64,000 nucleotides of DNA, taken from the NCBI GenBank assembly GCA_965199495.1, contig CBDASK010000003.1, positions 224,001-288,000 of the forward strand, given 5' to 3'. Below are positions 20,767 through 30,251 of the stretch, in pieces. Under the pieces are notes generated by a model, which saw nothing but the letters and a program-made list of their open reading frames with translations, was not told the DNA's origin and did no database searches. The stretch's first letter is position 1. Every line of letters starts with the position of its first letter. Made by a program: the position numbers and the translations under genes. The stretch comes from Abditibacterium sp. (GTDB lineage Bacteria; Armatimonadota; Abditibacteriia; Abditibacteriales; Abditibacteriaceae).

Positions 20767-21780
20767 TTACGGCTCAAAACTCACCGATTCTTTCGGCTCT
20801 TGGCCCTGCGCGAACCATTTGATGTGCCCATCAGCGAACGCGATATTCGATCCGCCCAAATGGCGATAAGCGCGCTCGTCGGCCACGCCGAAGGCGTTGC
20901 GCGTTAAATCGTTGGTCTCGTAAATCGCCACGGTTTGCGCGGGGTTATTCATTTTTGCCAAGCCCAATCCGTCCAAATTTTGATTGAGCGCATAACCGTA
21001 ATTGTCGCCATCGGGCAGCGACGGACAACGAAAAATTTGCTCGTTTTTCACATAAGGCATCACGTTATCAATCCATTTGCGCGCGGTCGGAAAAGTTTCG
21101 TTGTAATCCTGCGAATACTGCAAAATTCCCAACATCATTTGCTTGAGATTCGATTGGCAACTGCTGCGTCGCGCGTTTTCGCGTTCGCTTTGAAACGCGG
21201 CGCTGTTGGCCAAAGTCGGCGCTTCGATGCCGGTGAACTTATACCAAGCCACGTCGAGGTCTTCGCCATTCAAATCGTTCCAGCGCCCGTAAGTCGCTTT
21301 CAAATCCACGCGAAAACCACCGTCTTCGGCGATGACGACGACCGCGCGTTTGCGGGCGGGCGCGGGCGCAACTTCGACTAACGTTTGTTCACCTTCTTTG
21401 CCAACGACTTTTGCTTCGTATTGCGGCTCATCTTTTTGTTGCGCCAGCAAGACAAATAATTTCAACGCACCTTCATCTTGCCCTCCCTTAAATTCATTAG
21501 CGGCGATAGCTTCGAGTTGCGCGCGCGAAATTGAATTTAGATAAGGGCGCACCTGTTCCGAACCAAATTTTATCGAGAGGCCCGATAACGGTGCTCCCGC
21601 CGACAAGAACTGGTAAAACCGTTCCCCTGCCGCTTCGGGCGTTTTGGCGGGCGCCGGATACTCGTTCGCCGTGGCTGCATCGGCAGCCACGGCGTCTTGG
21701 GCGTGCGCGATGGGCGCATTGGCCAACACAATCGCACCGCACAGCGATAGGGTTAGTCGCAGAAATCTAAATTGGGACAT
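20767..21780 (-). CDS. Secreted DUF1559 / H-X9-DG domain protein
   Basis: RENARRSSCQSNLKQMMLGILQYSQDY..PYVKNEQIFRCPS..RHLGGSNIAFADGHIKW; signal peptide ending AHA. Confidence 0.85.
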   Translation of the reverse strand: MSQFRFLRLTLSLCGAIVLANAPIAHAQDAVAADAATANEYPAPAKTPEAAGERFYQFLSAGAPLSGLSIKFGSEQVRPYLNSISRAQLEAIAANEFKGGQDEGALKLFVLLAQQKDEPQYEAKVVGKEGEQTLVEVAPAPARKRAVVVIAEDGGFRVDLKATYGRWNDLNGEDLDVAWYKFTGIEAPTLANSAAFQSERENARRSSCQSNLKQMMLGILQYSQDYNETFPTARKWIDNVMPYVKNEQIFRCPSLPDGDNYGYALNQNLDGLGLAKMNNPAQTVAIYETNDLTRNAFGVADERAYRHLGGSNIAFADGHIKWFAQGQEPKESVSFEP

Positions 21781-22093
21781 GGGCGTGGAGAATTTTACAT
21801 CAAATGAGACGATTTGAACCAATCCGAAAGTTCGATGGCACCGCCGACTTTTTTAACGCTCTTTCCACACCACACGATAGGGCAAATGCGTCCATGCGGC
21901 GGCGAACTCCGCGCTGATGGTGACTGTTGGCCGACATCAAACAAATCAGCAAGCAGTGAACAACCCAAATTGCGTTAGGATGCGGCGACCCGATTTGCTG
22001 ACGCGCGGTTCAGGGGCGAGACCTAATTCCCAAATAGATAATAACGCGCGTCGCCCTTCTTCTAAACTTCACTCACATTTTTCTTTCAACCCA

Positions 22094-25000
22094 ATGAAAT
22101 TTATTCTTCCGCTCGCCATCGTCGTCTGTGCCCTGCCCGCTCGCGCGCAAAATCCGCTTGTCGTGCGCGTTCTCGACGAAAGCGGTCAGCCCGTCGCGGG
22201 CGCGCTTGTCGCGGCGCAAACTTACGAAAAAGACGCGCCCAAAACCGCGACGCAAACGACCGATGCCAGTGGCCAAGCGAATTTTTCGTTGCCCAATCAA
22301 GCCGACGGCAAACCGACGACAGCCACCGTCACGGCGGGCGCCAGAGGTTATAGTTTCAGCGCGTCCAGTGGCGCGAATAAGTCGGTCGAAATCCGATTGA
22401 CGCGCGGACAGATTTGGCGCGGCAAAGTTGTGGACGAGAAAGGCGCGCCGCTCGCAAACGCGCAAATCGTGATTAACGGCGCAATGAAATTCATGGATTT
22501 CGGAGGCGCGATTTTCATCGAAAGCGACGCGATAAAAGCGCTTTACAGCGCCCAGTCCAAAGCCGATGGCACGTTTGAAATCGCCGGTTTGCCCGCGAAT
22601 AAACAATTGTTCTATCGCGTGTCGTTGCCGGGCTTCGCTCCGGTAAAAGAGCAAGACGGGCGCGTAGATAAACCCGAAACTTTCAAATTAGTGCGCAGTG
22701 GAGCTTTGCGCGGGCGGGCACTGGGCATCGCGGGCGAGCCGTTGGCGGGCGTTCAGGTTTTCGCGACTTCTCGGACGACTTCATCAATGGAAGTCAGCGA
22801 TGAAGTCAAAACCGATGCGGAGGGCGCTTTTACCCTCAGCGGTTTGCCGCCCGGCGACTATGAATTGCACGGGACTTTGAGGGACAAAATGCCGTTTTTG
22901 TTATTGAATCTCAAAGATGTGCGTGTTGTGGCGGGACAGACAGCCACGGCGGGCGAATGGCGAGCGATTAAAGGCGTCGAGATTCGCGGTTTCGTGTTCG
23001 ATAGCCTCACCAAAAAGCCGATTGAGAACGCCATTTTTTCCGCGCAAACCAAAGCCGACGAGAAAAGCGGCAGCGATTCGGCGTGGGCGACCAGCGATGC
23101 CACCGGGCACTTCGTTTTGCACGTTTTGCCCGGTGATTATCGCGTGCGCGTTGGTGGCAACGCGCCCGGTTATTTGAGTGCGCCGACGATTCGGAGCGCG
23201 CAACCCAAAGCAGGCGCGCCCGCGCAGGTGAGTTTCGAGCTGCAAAGCGCGCCGATTGTGCGCGGCATCACGCGCGACGAAAAAGGCGCGCCCCTCCAAG
23301 CGCAACTGCTCGTCGGCACGTTTGGCCAACCGCTCGAAACCGACGCGCAGGGCAAATGGCAATATACGCCCTTCAATGCGAGCGCCATTACTTTTGGCGG
23401 CGGCGAAGACGACGACGGATATTTCGAGATTATCTCGCCCAAACGCGTGGACTTTCCTGCCAAAGGCCCGATTGTGGTGACGGTGCGCCGCCATGCGTGG
23501 CAACAATTGGCGGGCCGCGTCGTCACGCCCGACGGCGCGCCGATTGAGGGCGCGACGGTCAAAGCGACTTTTACCGTGATGACCAGCGACCGCAACGGTC
23601 GCGGCGCGCAGAGCAGCGCGCTGAGCGACCAAGACGGCCGCTATGTTTTGCGGCGTCTGCGCGATTCGCGTCAGCCCTATGTGACGAACAGCGAAATCAA
23701 AGTTTCGGCCAAAAAAGACGGTTACGATTTTGAGAGCGGCGGCAAAGTCACGCGCGAAGGCATCGAGCCGCGCGTCAGCGATCTGGTTTTGGTACCGCTT
23801 TCGGTAAAAATCAGCGGCGTAACTTCGGCGGGCGCCGATGTCGTCGTCGCGGGCCGCCAAACGCGAGCCGACGACGCGGGCCGTTTCAGTTTCGAGTCGA
23901 TTCCGGCGGGCGAAAACCGCGTTTACGCCGCCAAAGGCGATTTGTTTGGCAGCGCGCCCGCGTCGCAATCGCCGCTCGAAATCGCGTTGTCGCGCCCGCA
24001 AGCGCAACCGCGCGACGAAGTTTTGGCGCGCGAAGTGTGGGCCAATAATGTCGCTGCACAGACCGACCAAAGCACGCTTGATTTGGATCAATGGTCGCAA
24101 AGCAGCGATTTTGCGGGAAAGTTGCGCGTCGCACAACGGAGCGGCAATCCGTGGCAAATCGGCGCCGCGCTGGGGCGTCTGAAGCCGACCGATTCGCCCG
24201 CAGCGCAGGCGATTGCGCGCGAAACTTTGAACGAAATGGCACCTTCGGAGGCGCGGACGGGCGCGTTTTTGGAAATCGCGCTTTCGAGCGGCGACGCCGC
24301 GTTGACCGACCGCGCGCTCGAACTCGCCAACGCGCAATTTGAAGAACAGACGAAGGACAGCCAATCGCGCGAAGCCCAGCTTTATCAAGCCGCCGTTTTG
24401 ACCGAGCGCCGCGACGGCGCACAGGCGGGCGCGCTGGTTTTGCGCCGCGCGCTGGCTTACACGTTGCGCAATCATCCCGAACAATCGCGCGTGGAAGGCG
24501 GCTATCAAACCGCCGTCGGGCGCAACGAAACGCTGGGCCGCATCGCCGCCCCGATTGTCGCGCAGGGTTCGCCCGCGATGCTGCGCGAACTGCTGGAAAC
24601 CATCGAACCCGCTTCGGGCTTCGCGGTTATGGCGCGCCTCGAAGCGATTCCGGTCATCGCGCGCGTTCACGGATATAAAGCCGCCGCGCCAGTGTTGGAA
24701 GAGTTGCGCCAACTGCCAGCGCCCGCAGCCGAAGGTGAAATGGGTTATCGCGGTTTCGATGCGAATTGGGCTTATCGTCAGGCGATTGGCGACATTATCC
24801 CAATCATCGGGCCAACCGATGCAGCCACGGCGCTGGCGCTGGCAGATAAAGTCGAGGGCGACGACGAACAACGCGGGCGGGCGTTGGCGAGCGCGGCGCG
24901 TTTCCAGTCGCTCGCCGTGGCTGCTCCGTTGTTGAGGGAAGCCGCCGAGAAAATCGACGTCGAAAACGCGCCGCGCGTGGCCGCGTATGCCTACGAGCGC

Positions 25001-25408
25001 GACGAAAAACTGGGCTTGGAATTGTTTGAAATCGCGCGCCGACACATCGAAACCGAGATGAAAGACCCGATCAACGAGCGCAATTTATGGATCGGTTTCG
25101 CGTTTTCTTACGCGCGCGCCAACCCGGCGCAGTCGCGCTTGATTTTAGAACGCGAGTGGGCTTCGAGCCTTCAGAAAAAAATCGAAGCCGACGATTTGTC
25201 CCTCATCGCCCGCGCGATGGCGCCCGTTGACGCCCGTCGCGCGACGGAAATGGCGCGCCAATTGTCGGCGCAAAGCAAAAATTGGGCGACAGAAGCGCAA
25301 ATCAAAATCGCGCGCTATTTGGTGGCCGACGAAGCGACGCGACGAGATTTCGTCCTCGATCCCAACAGCCCCGACGCGCCGTGGAACGCAGGCGAATTGC
25401 AATGGTGA
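22094..25408 (+). CDS. Large secreted protein with carboxypeptidase-regulatory-like repeats and a helical C-terminus
   Basis: Signal peptide MKFILPLAIVVCALPARA; repeated GxVVDExGxPxAGAxV..TDAxGxF motifs. Confidence 0.85.
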   Translation: MKFILPLAIVVCALPARAQNPLVVRVLDESGQPVAGALVAAQTYEKDAPKTATQTTDASGQANFSLPNQADGKPTTATVTAGARGYSFSASSGANKSVEIRLTRGQIWRGKVVDEKGAPLANAQIVINGAMKFMDFGGAIFIESDAIKALYSAQSKADGTFEIAGLPANKQLFYRVSLPGFAPVKEQDGRVDKPETFKLVRSGALRGRALGIAGEPLAGVQVFATSRTTSSMEVSDEVKTDAEGAFTLSGLPPGDYELHGTLRDKMPFLLLNLKDVRVVAGQTATAGEWRAIKGVEIRGFVFDSLTKKPIENAIFSAQTKADEKSGSDSAWATSDATGHFVLHVLPGDYRVRVGGNAPGYLSAPTIRSAQPKAGAPAQVSFELQSAPIVRGITRDEKGAPLQAQLLVGTFGQPLETDAQGKWQYTPFNASAITFGGGEDDDGYFEIISPKRVDFPAKGPIVVTVRRHAWQQLAGRVVTPDGAPIEGATVKATFTVMTSDRNGRGAQSSALSDQDGRYVLRRLRDSRQPYVTNSEIKVSAKKDGYDFESGGKVTREGIEPRVSDLVLVPLSVKISGVTSAGADVVVAGRQTRADDAGRFSFESIPAGENRVYAAKGDLFGSAPASQSPLEIALSRPQAQPRDEVLAREVWANNVAAQTDQSTLDLDQWSQSSDFAGKLRVAQRSGNPWQIGAALGRLKPTDSPAAQAIARETLNEMAPSEARTGAFLEIALSSGDAALTDRALELANAQFEEQTKDSQSREAQLYQAAVLTERRDGAQAGALVLRRALAYTLRNHPEQSRVEGGYQTAVGRNETLGRIAAPIVAQGSPAMLRELLETIEPASGFAVMARLEAIPVIARVHGYKAAAPVLEELRQLPAPAAEGEMGYRGFDANWAYRQAIGDIIPIIGPTDAATALALADKVEGDDEQRGRALASAARFQSLAVAAPLLREAAEKIDVENAPRVAAYAYERDEKLGLELFEIARRHIETEMKDPINERNLWIGFAFSYARANPAQSRLILEREWASSLQKKIEADDLSLIARAMAPVDARRATEMARQLSAQSKNWATEAQIKIARYLVADEATRRDFVLDPNSPDAPWNAGELQW

Positions 25409-25419
25409 AAACGAAGGCA

Positions 25420-25544
25420 AGCGAATAAATTCGCGGCAACGCAGGGCAAAGGCCGTCTGCGCGAACTGGAATTGGAACCCTAAAGATTTCGCCCGCAGTC
25501 TGCGCAGGCAGACATTGCCCTGCGTTGCCGCGAATTTATTCGCT
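25420..25544. repeat. GCGAATAAATTCGC-type REP pair
   Basis: agcgaataaattcgcggcaacgcagggcaa ... ttgccctgcgttgccgcgaatttattcgct; contains the stop codon of the convergent ORF. Confidence 0.85.
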
Positions 25545-26003
25545 CGCTTTGCCCCAGCCCAGCGCCAGAGCTAACAAGACGTAAACCGCGAATAATCCCC
25601 TATTCGATAATTTGGTTTCAAACCCCGGCTTGTAACGCTGCGGCGCTAATTTGAAATCCACGACGTAAGCGAGGGCCGAAACCAGAAAACCGCCCGCCAG
25701 CGAAACACCCCATTTTCCTTGGTCGCGCGCGCGGCCAAAAATCCATTCGTGCAACAGCGCCCAACTCGTGACGGAAACCTGATTGAGCACCAAAGCCGCG
25801 CCAGTATATTTGAGCGAAAGTTCGCTCTGCTCCAAACCTTCGTCGCCCCACGCGATATGCGAAACCGTATTAATCGCCGCCAAACCGTCGCGATTTTCGA
25901 GTTGGCCCATAACAGCCACGGCGGCGGCGGCGCTGATGGCGACGAGTTGCGAACGCACGGCGCCATCGCGCAGAGTTTGAAACGGAGATTTGAGAAAGCT
26001 CAT
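25536..26003 (-). CDS. Membrane protein
   Basis: INTVSHIAWGD..AYVVDF..PQRYKPGFETKLS; hydrophobic segments. Confidence 0.8.
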   Translation of the reverse strand: MSFLKSPFQTLRDGAVRSQLVAISAAAAVAVMGQLENRDGLAAINTVSHIAWGDEGLEQSELSLKYTGAALVLNQVSVTSWALLHEWIFGRARDQGKWGVSLAGGFLVSALAYVVDFKLAPQRYKPGFETKLSNRGLFAVYVLLALALGWGKASE

Positions 26004-26050
26004 TGGAATAGTTGCGATTCATCGAGAATCGTGCCCGAATAATTGACGCG

Positions 26051-26090
26051 AAAAAGCCCGCGAACGCCATTGGCATTCGCGGGCTTTTTT
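26051..26090. terminator. Intrinsic terminator
   Basis: aaaaagcccgcgaacgcc-att-ggcattcgcgggctttttt. Confidence 0.75.
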
Positions 26091-26100
26091 GTGTTTCGAT

Positions 26101-26622
26101 TTACATGGCGGCGCTGCGAGCGCCATAGTTGGAAAGCACGTCTTTGACGGCGCTTTCGTTAAGGCCAGTCGTGTCAATCGCGACGAGGGTGCTGCCACCC
26201 TCGATGGCTTGGCCGTAATAGTTGGACTCGTGTTCGTCGTAACCAGCGTTAGCCAGCGCGCTGGCAATTAAACCGGTCGTGCCGCCCACAACCGCACCAG
26301 CCACGGCGCCGCCGCCGACGGCGCCCAAGGCCGTCGAAAGCAACGTGCCCGCCGTGATGAACGGGCCAACGCCCGGAATCAAAGCCGCCGCGATGCCGAA
26401 CAACGCGCCGACCCCCATACCCGCCACGGTGCCTTTGGCCACGTCGCCGCCATCGTGTTCCACAACGGTGTCATTGCCCGCGACAGCGCCACCATTGCCC
26501 TGACGCGCGATGATGGACATCTGGGAATCGTTTACGCCCAATTGGCGCAGTTCGTTCACGGCAGCCTCAGCGTGCGCGCGGTCGTCAAAAAGAACCGTCA
26601 TGCGGTTTGTCATTGAATTCAT
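26101..26622 (-). CDS. General stress protein (YflT/17M-like, Gly-zipper)
   Basis: LFDDRAHAEAAVNELRQLG..IPGVGPFITAG..ALANAGYDEHESNYY..GGSTLVAI. Confidence 0.85.
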   Translation of the reverse strand: MNSMTNRMTVLFDDRAHAEAAVNELRQLGVNDSQMSIIARQGNGGAVAGNDTVVEHDGGDVAKGTVAGMGVGALFGIAAALIPGVGPFITAGTLLSTALGAVGGGAVAGAVVGGTTGLIASALANAGYDEHESNYYGQAIEGGSTLVAIDTTGLNESAVKDVLSNYGARSAAM

Positions 26623-26741
26623 AGTTTTGTTTTCCTTGGCTTCAAAATGAAGCTGGGGCCATTCATAAGCAATAACTATTCCTAAACTCAAAATAACGGT
26701 GTGGGAATTCCCTGCTTAGCCATGAGAGTTTTCTTTAGAGC

Positions 26742-27734
26742 TTAATTTTCAACCAACGGTTTGAACATCCATTGGCTTGCGGGAACCTCGCCTTCGATTA
26801 TTTGGCCGTCGCGTTTGACGGGGAAACGGACGGACATTATGTCCGCATCGTCATAACGAAAAGTTTCCGAGACCCACGGATCCGCAAACACTTCCTCATT
26901 GGGATTCTCGCTCCATGTAAAGCGCACTCTGGTGTTGCGATAGGGAATCGGCACGGGCGCGCTGTTGGTTTCAAAGCCGTCAAAACCTTTGGAGGTATAG
27001 CTAAATATCGCGTTTTTGCGGATGGGAATGCCATCAGCATCGGTAAATTCTACTGAGCGTTCAAGCTCTGGCTTCCCAGCGCGCGCCAAACGTCCCGCGA
27101 CCATAATGTCGGCGCCATATTTGATTTCGCGCGATGGAACATTCATATCGAAACCGAGGCGAAACACGCGCACCCACTTCACCCAGACCGAAGGCGTGGG
27201 CGCGACGAGTTGGGCGTCGGCGTAACCTTTGGGCGGACGCGCACCGAATGCCACGGTAAATGGTAAATTGGTCTGCGCGGTAATCGGAGCATTGATTTCC
27301 GTCTGATCGCGAAAAATGATGGGCAAATTTCCGGCGTAATTGAGCGCGACACTTTGGGGCCAAAATTTGCTTTTTATCGGCGCTCGCACGCGCACGGTGT
27401 AAAGTCCCAACGATTCGTTCCAGCGCGGTGTGTAAGCCGTAGAATAAATCATTTCGAGTTCGCTCGTTTGTCCGGCTTTGGTCTGCGTTAAACGCGCCTG
27501 GAAATCTTCGGGCTTGCCGCTGTTCGTGACGAAATCGCGGCCCCACCACGCCGGGCGCGGATTGGCGCCAATGAAAAAGTCCAAACCGATCATGCTATTT
27601 TTGGGTTCGCCAGCGGATTCCTGCGTGACGGGCATCGCGTCCACGATATAGAATCGCGGTTCTGCCGCGTGGGCGTGGCTGGTAGTGGCGCACAGCAGAC
27701 AAAGCGTAATGAGAAGCCTCAAAAATATTTTCAT
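26742..27734 (-). CDS. Secreted hypothetical protein
   Basis: Signal peptide MKIFLRLLITLCLLCATTSHAHA; the ORF extension upstream is derived from the repeat. Confidence 0.7.
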   Translation of the reverse strand: MKIFLRLLITLCLLCATTSHAHAAEPRFYIVDAMPVTQESAGEPKNSMIGLDFFIGANPRPAWWGRDFVTNSGKPEDFQARLTQTKAGQTSELEMIYSTAYTPRWNESLGLYTVRVRAPIKSKFWPQSVALNYAGNLPIIFRDQTEINAPITAQTNLPFTVAFGARPPKGYADAQLVAPTPSVWVKWVRVFRLGFDMNVPSREIKYGADIMVAGRLARAGKPELERSVEFTDADGIPIRKNAIFSYTSKGFDGFETNSAPVPIPYRNTRVRFTWSENPNEEVFADPWVSETFRYDDADIMSVRFPVKRDGQIIEGEVPASQWMFKPLVEN

Positions 27735-27778
27735 TTTAATGGTGTTAAATATGGAAATTGAATTTAGAATTGACGCAG

Positions 27779-27926
27779 TTTTGCGTCTGTCATTCTGAGC
27801 GCAGTGAGGCACGAACGTAGTCGAAGAATCCATAGGTCGCGTGTCGACTGAGCTTTATCTTCGTCCAGAGTTGTGGTTCTTCGACTACTTTCGTGCCTCA
27901 TTGCGCTCAGAATGACAGACGCAAAA
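27779..27926. repeat. GTCATTCTGAGCG..GCTCAGAATGAC-type inverted repeat element
   Basis: ttttgcgtctgtcattctgagcgcagtgaggcacgaacgtagtcgaagaa ... ttcttcgactactttcgtgcctcattgcgctcagaatgacagacgcaaaa. Confidence 0.85.
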
Positions 27927-27928
27927 AG

Positions 27929-29050
27929 TTACGCATTCTTCAAATTTTCCGGGTTCAAGCCCTGCAACCGTTCCGGCACGAACAGACCATCTTTGCGAAT
28001 CAGTTCGCCATCGAAGAAGATTTCGCCGCCACCGAAATCGGGGCGCTGAATGCAAACCATGTCCCAATGCACTTCGCTGCGGTTGCCGTTGTCGGCCTGT
28101 TCGTAGGCCTGGCCGGGCGTGAAATGAAAACTGCCCGCGATTTTCTCGTCGAACAAAATATCTTTCATCGGCTGCAAAATGAAGGGATTATAGGCCAGCG
28201 ACCATTCGCCGATGTAGCGCGCGCCTTCGTCGGTATCGAGCGTTTCGTTGAGCTTTGCGGTTTGCGAACTCGTCGCCTCGACGATTTTGCCGTCTTTGAA
28301 AACCAACCGCACGTTTTCATGCGTCACGCCGTGATCAATCGTCGGCGTATTGTATTGCAAAATTCCGTTCACGCTGTCTTTGACAGGCGCGGTAAAACAC
28401 TCGCCATCGGGCACGTTGTGCGTGCCGTTGCAGGGAATCACGCCGATGTCTTTGATGCTAAATTCGAGTTCTGTGCCCGGCCCAACGATGCGCACCCTAT
28501 CCGCTTGTTCCATGCGCTCGACCAGAGGTTTGACGGCCTGCGCCATGCGCATGTAATCGAAGGTGCAGACTTGAAAATAAAAATCTTCAAACGCTTCGGT
28601 GGACATCTGCGCGTCTTGCGCCATCGAAGGTGACGGATAGCGCAACACGCACCATTTGGTGTGTTTGACGCGCTGCTCCATGTGAACCGGATGCACCCAA
28701 TTTTTGGTGTAGAGTTTCATTTGGTCGCCCGGCACATCAGACAATTCGGCGGAATTGTCGGCGCCGCGAATCGCGATATAGGCTTGCATCTGCTGCATCT
28801 GATGAAGAGCCACGGCGCCGTTGAGCTGCATACTTTCGGGCGTTGCGGCGTGCAAAAGCGCGCGCGAAACGGCGCTTTGGCGCGTGTTCACCACGGGATT
28901 GCCGCCCGCTTTAGCGGCGGCGCGCACGATAGCGATGGTAAGTTCGGGCGGCACATCGGTCGCGTCAATGAGGATGTTTTCGCCCGGCTGCAAGCTGGTC
29001 GAATGCGAAATCAAAAGGTCGGCGAGTTGGTCGAATCTGGGGTCTTTCAT
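27929..29050 (-). CDS. Aminopeptidase, M29 family
   Basis: MKDPRFDQLA..KWCVLRYP..NVPDGECFTAP..DTDEGARYIGE..LFDEKIAGSFH..NRSEVHWDMV. Confidence 0.93.
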   Translation of the reverse strand: MKDPRFDQLADLLISHSTSLQPGENILIDATDVPPELTIAIVRAAAKAGGNPVVNTRQSAVSRALLHAATPESMQLNGAVALHQMQQMQAYIAIRGADNSAELSDVPGDQMKLYTKNWVHPVHMEQRVKHTKWCVLRYPSPSMAQDAQMSTEAFEDFYFQVCTFDYMRMAQAVKPLVERMEQADRVRIVGPGTELEFSIKDIGVIPCNGTHNVPDGECFTAPVKDSVNGILQYNTPTIDHGVTHENVRLVFKDGKIVEATSSQTAKLNETLDTDEGARYIGEWSLAYNPFILQPMKDILFDEKIAGSFHFTPGQAYEQADNGNRSEVHWDMVCIQRPDFGGGEIFFDGELIRKDGLFVPERLQGLNPENLKNA

Positions 29051-29090
29051 AATTGTTCGACAGAGAATGAGCAAAGCGTCCGCCGCAATC

Positions 29091-29231
29091 CAATAGACCT
29101 CTTGCATAAGTCAGTTTTGAGGGTGATATTGCTCTGTATCTTTTGAAGTCTGCGGGGCTGACGGCCTCTTCCAATCGGCAAAGCTCTTCGCAAGATTGCC
29201 CTCAAAGCTGACTTATACAAGAGGTCTATTG
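29091..29231. mobile_element. MITE-like element with terminal inverted repeats enclosing one REP half
   Basis: caatagacctcttgcataagtcagttttgaggg ... ccctcaaagctgacttatacaagaggtctattg; internal gcggggctgacggcctcttccaatcgg. Confidence 0.7.
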
Positions 29232-29380
29232 AAAATAGGCGATGAAGTGCGCGTTGGTTATTCTGCTTGGGTTTTCTTTGGGTAGCAAACGCTCCAACAA
29301 AAACAAAGCGGCGAGGCTATTTACGTAGTGGCGCTTTGTGGTGAAATATGTAAAACTGATAAGTAAAGCGAGGGAAAATC

Positions 29381-29644
29381 ATGGAATGTCGTTTCACCAA
29401 AAGTTCTTTTCCTTACTGCGCGACAGCGCGGGCGGCGCACGATTTGGCCGATTTACTCAAGCGCTTGCGGCCCCAAGTGCGGCCCGAAGTCGAGCAGTTG
29501 CAGTGCATCGTGGTTCACGCGCATAAGAGGTTGGACGAAGCGAAATCTTCGCCCGAAATCGCCTCGGCGTGGAATGATTTGGATGCCGCCTATCACACGT
29601 TGCACCAATTGAAACGTTGCTCGCGCGTAGGAAACGGTCTTTAA
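29381..29644 (+). CDS. Small hypothetical protein
   Basis: 87 aa, GAGGG RBS, helical pattern. Confidence 0.5.
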   Translation: MECRFTKSSFPYCATARAAHDLADLLKRLRPQVRPEVEQLQCIVVHAHKRLDEAKSSPEIASAWNDLDAAYHTLHQLKRCSRVGNGL

Positions 29645-29740
29645 CCTTTCTAAATATCGTGAGGTTAAACCTCGGCATTGGGCGCGAATCGAATAGCCCA
29701 ACGCTCGCGTTCACACGCTTGAAATGGCGAAATTTATTCG

Positions 29741-30169
29741 TCAACCGAAAACATGCGCGATTGAAACGCGTGGCTTTTTCGATGACTTATCGCGCCAAAT
29801 CAGATGGGGTCGCGCGCGACAATATTCCACCACGCAATCGGTGATGCGGTCATAGCAATTTTCGTCGGCGCCAGTCAATCCGCGCCCATGTTGCCGCATG
29901 ATCTCGATATCTTCTTCGATTTGTCTCATGGTTTCTTCATCAAAGATACTTTTTAGCCGCAAGCGTTGGCGCAAAAAAGTCGCTAAACGTTGATAACTCG
30001 GAAAGAAGTTGGCGCTACCATTGCGATAATAATCGCTTTCCAATTTTCGGATCGCGCGAACCAGTTCGCCCTGAACCGATTCGGCTTCGCCGCTTTGAGG
30101 CACAAGCAAATCGAAGAGTTCGTCATATTCTTTCTGGTAACGCCCCTTGAAATTGAGGTAAAGCATCAT
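29741..30169 (-). CDS. Hypothetical protein
   Basis: LVPQSGEAESVQGELVRAI..DYYRNG; protein-like composition. Confidence 0.75.
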   Translation of the reverse strand: MMLYLNFKGRYQKEYDELFDLLVPQSGEAESVQGELVRAIRKLESDYYRNGSANFFPSYQRLATFLRQRLRLKSIFDEETMRQIEEDIEIMRQHGRGLTGADENCYDRITDCVVEYCRARPHLIWRDKSSKKPRVSIAHVFG

Positions 30170-30251
30170 AATTTATTCCGCATAAAAGCTACAAAATAGC
30201 AAAATTTGGGCGGCGCTTCGCACCCCGCGAAACACCGCCCAAATTTCAATT

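Noticed and set aside
21823..22093. Riboswitch or ncRNA in the divergent intergenic region
   Set aside because: No recognisable conserved motif or convincing structure; it may contain a decayed gene fragment but this cannot be supported.
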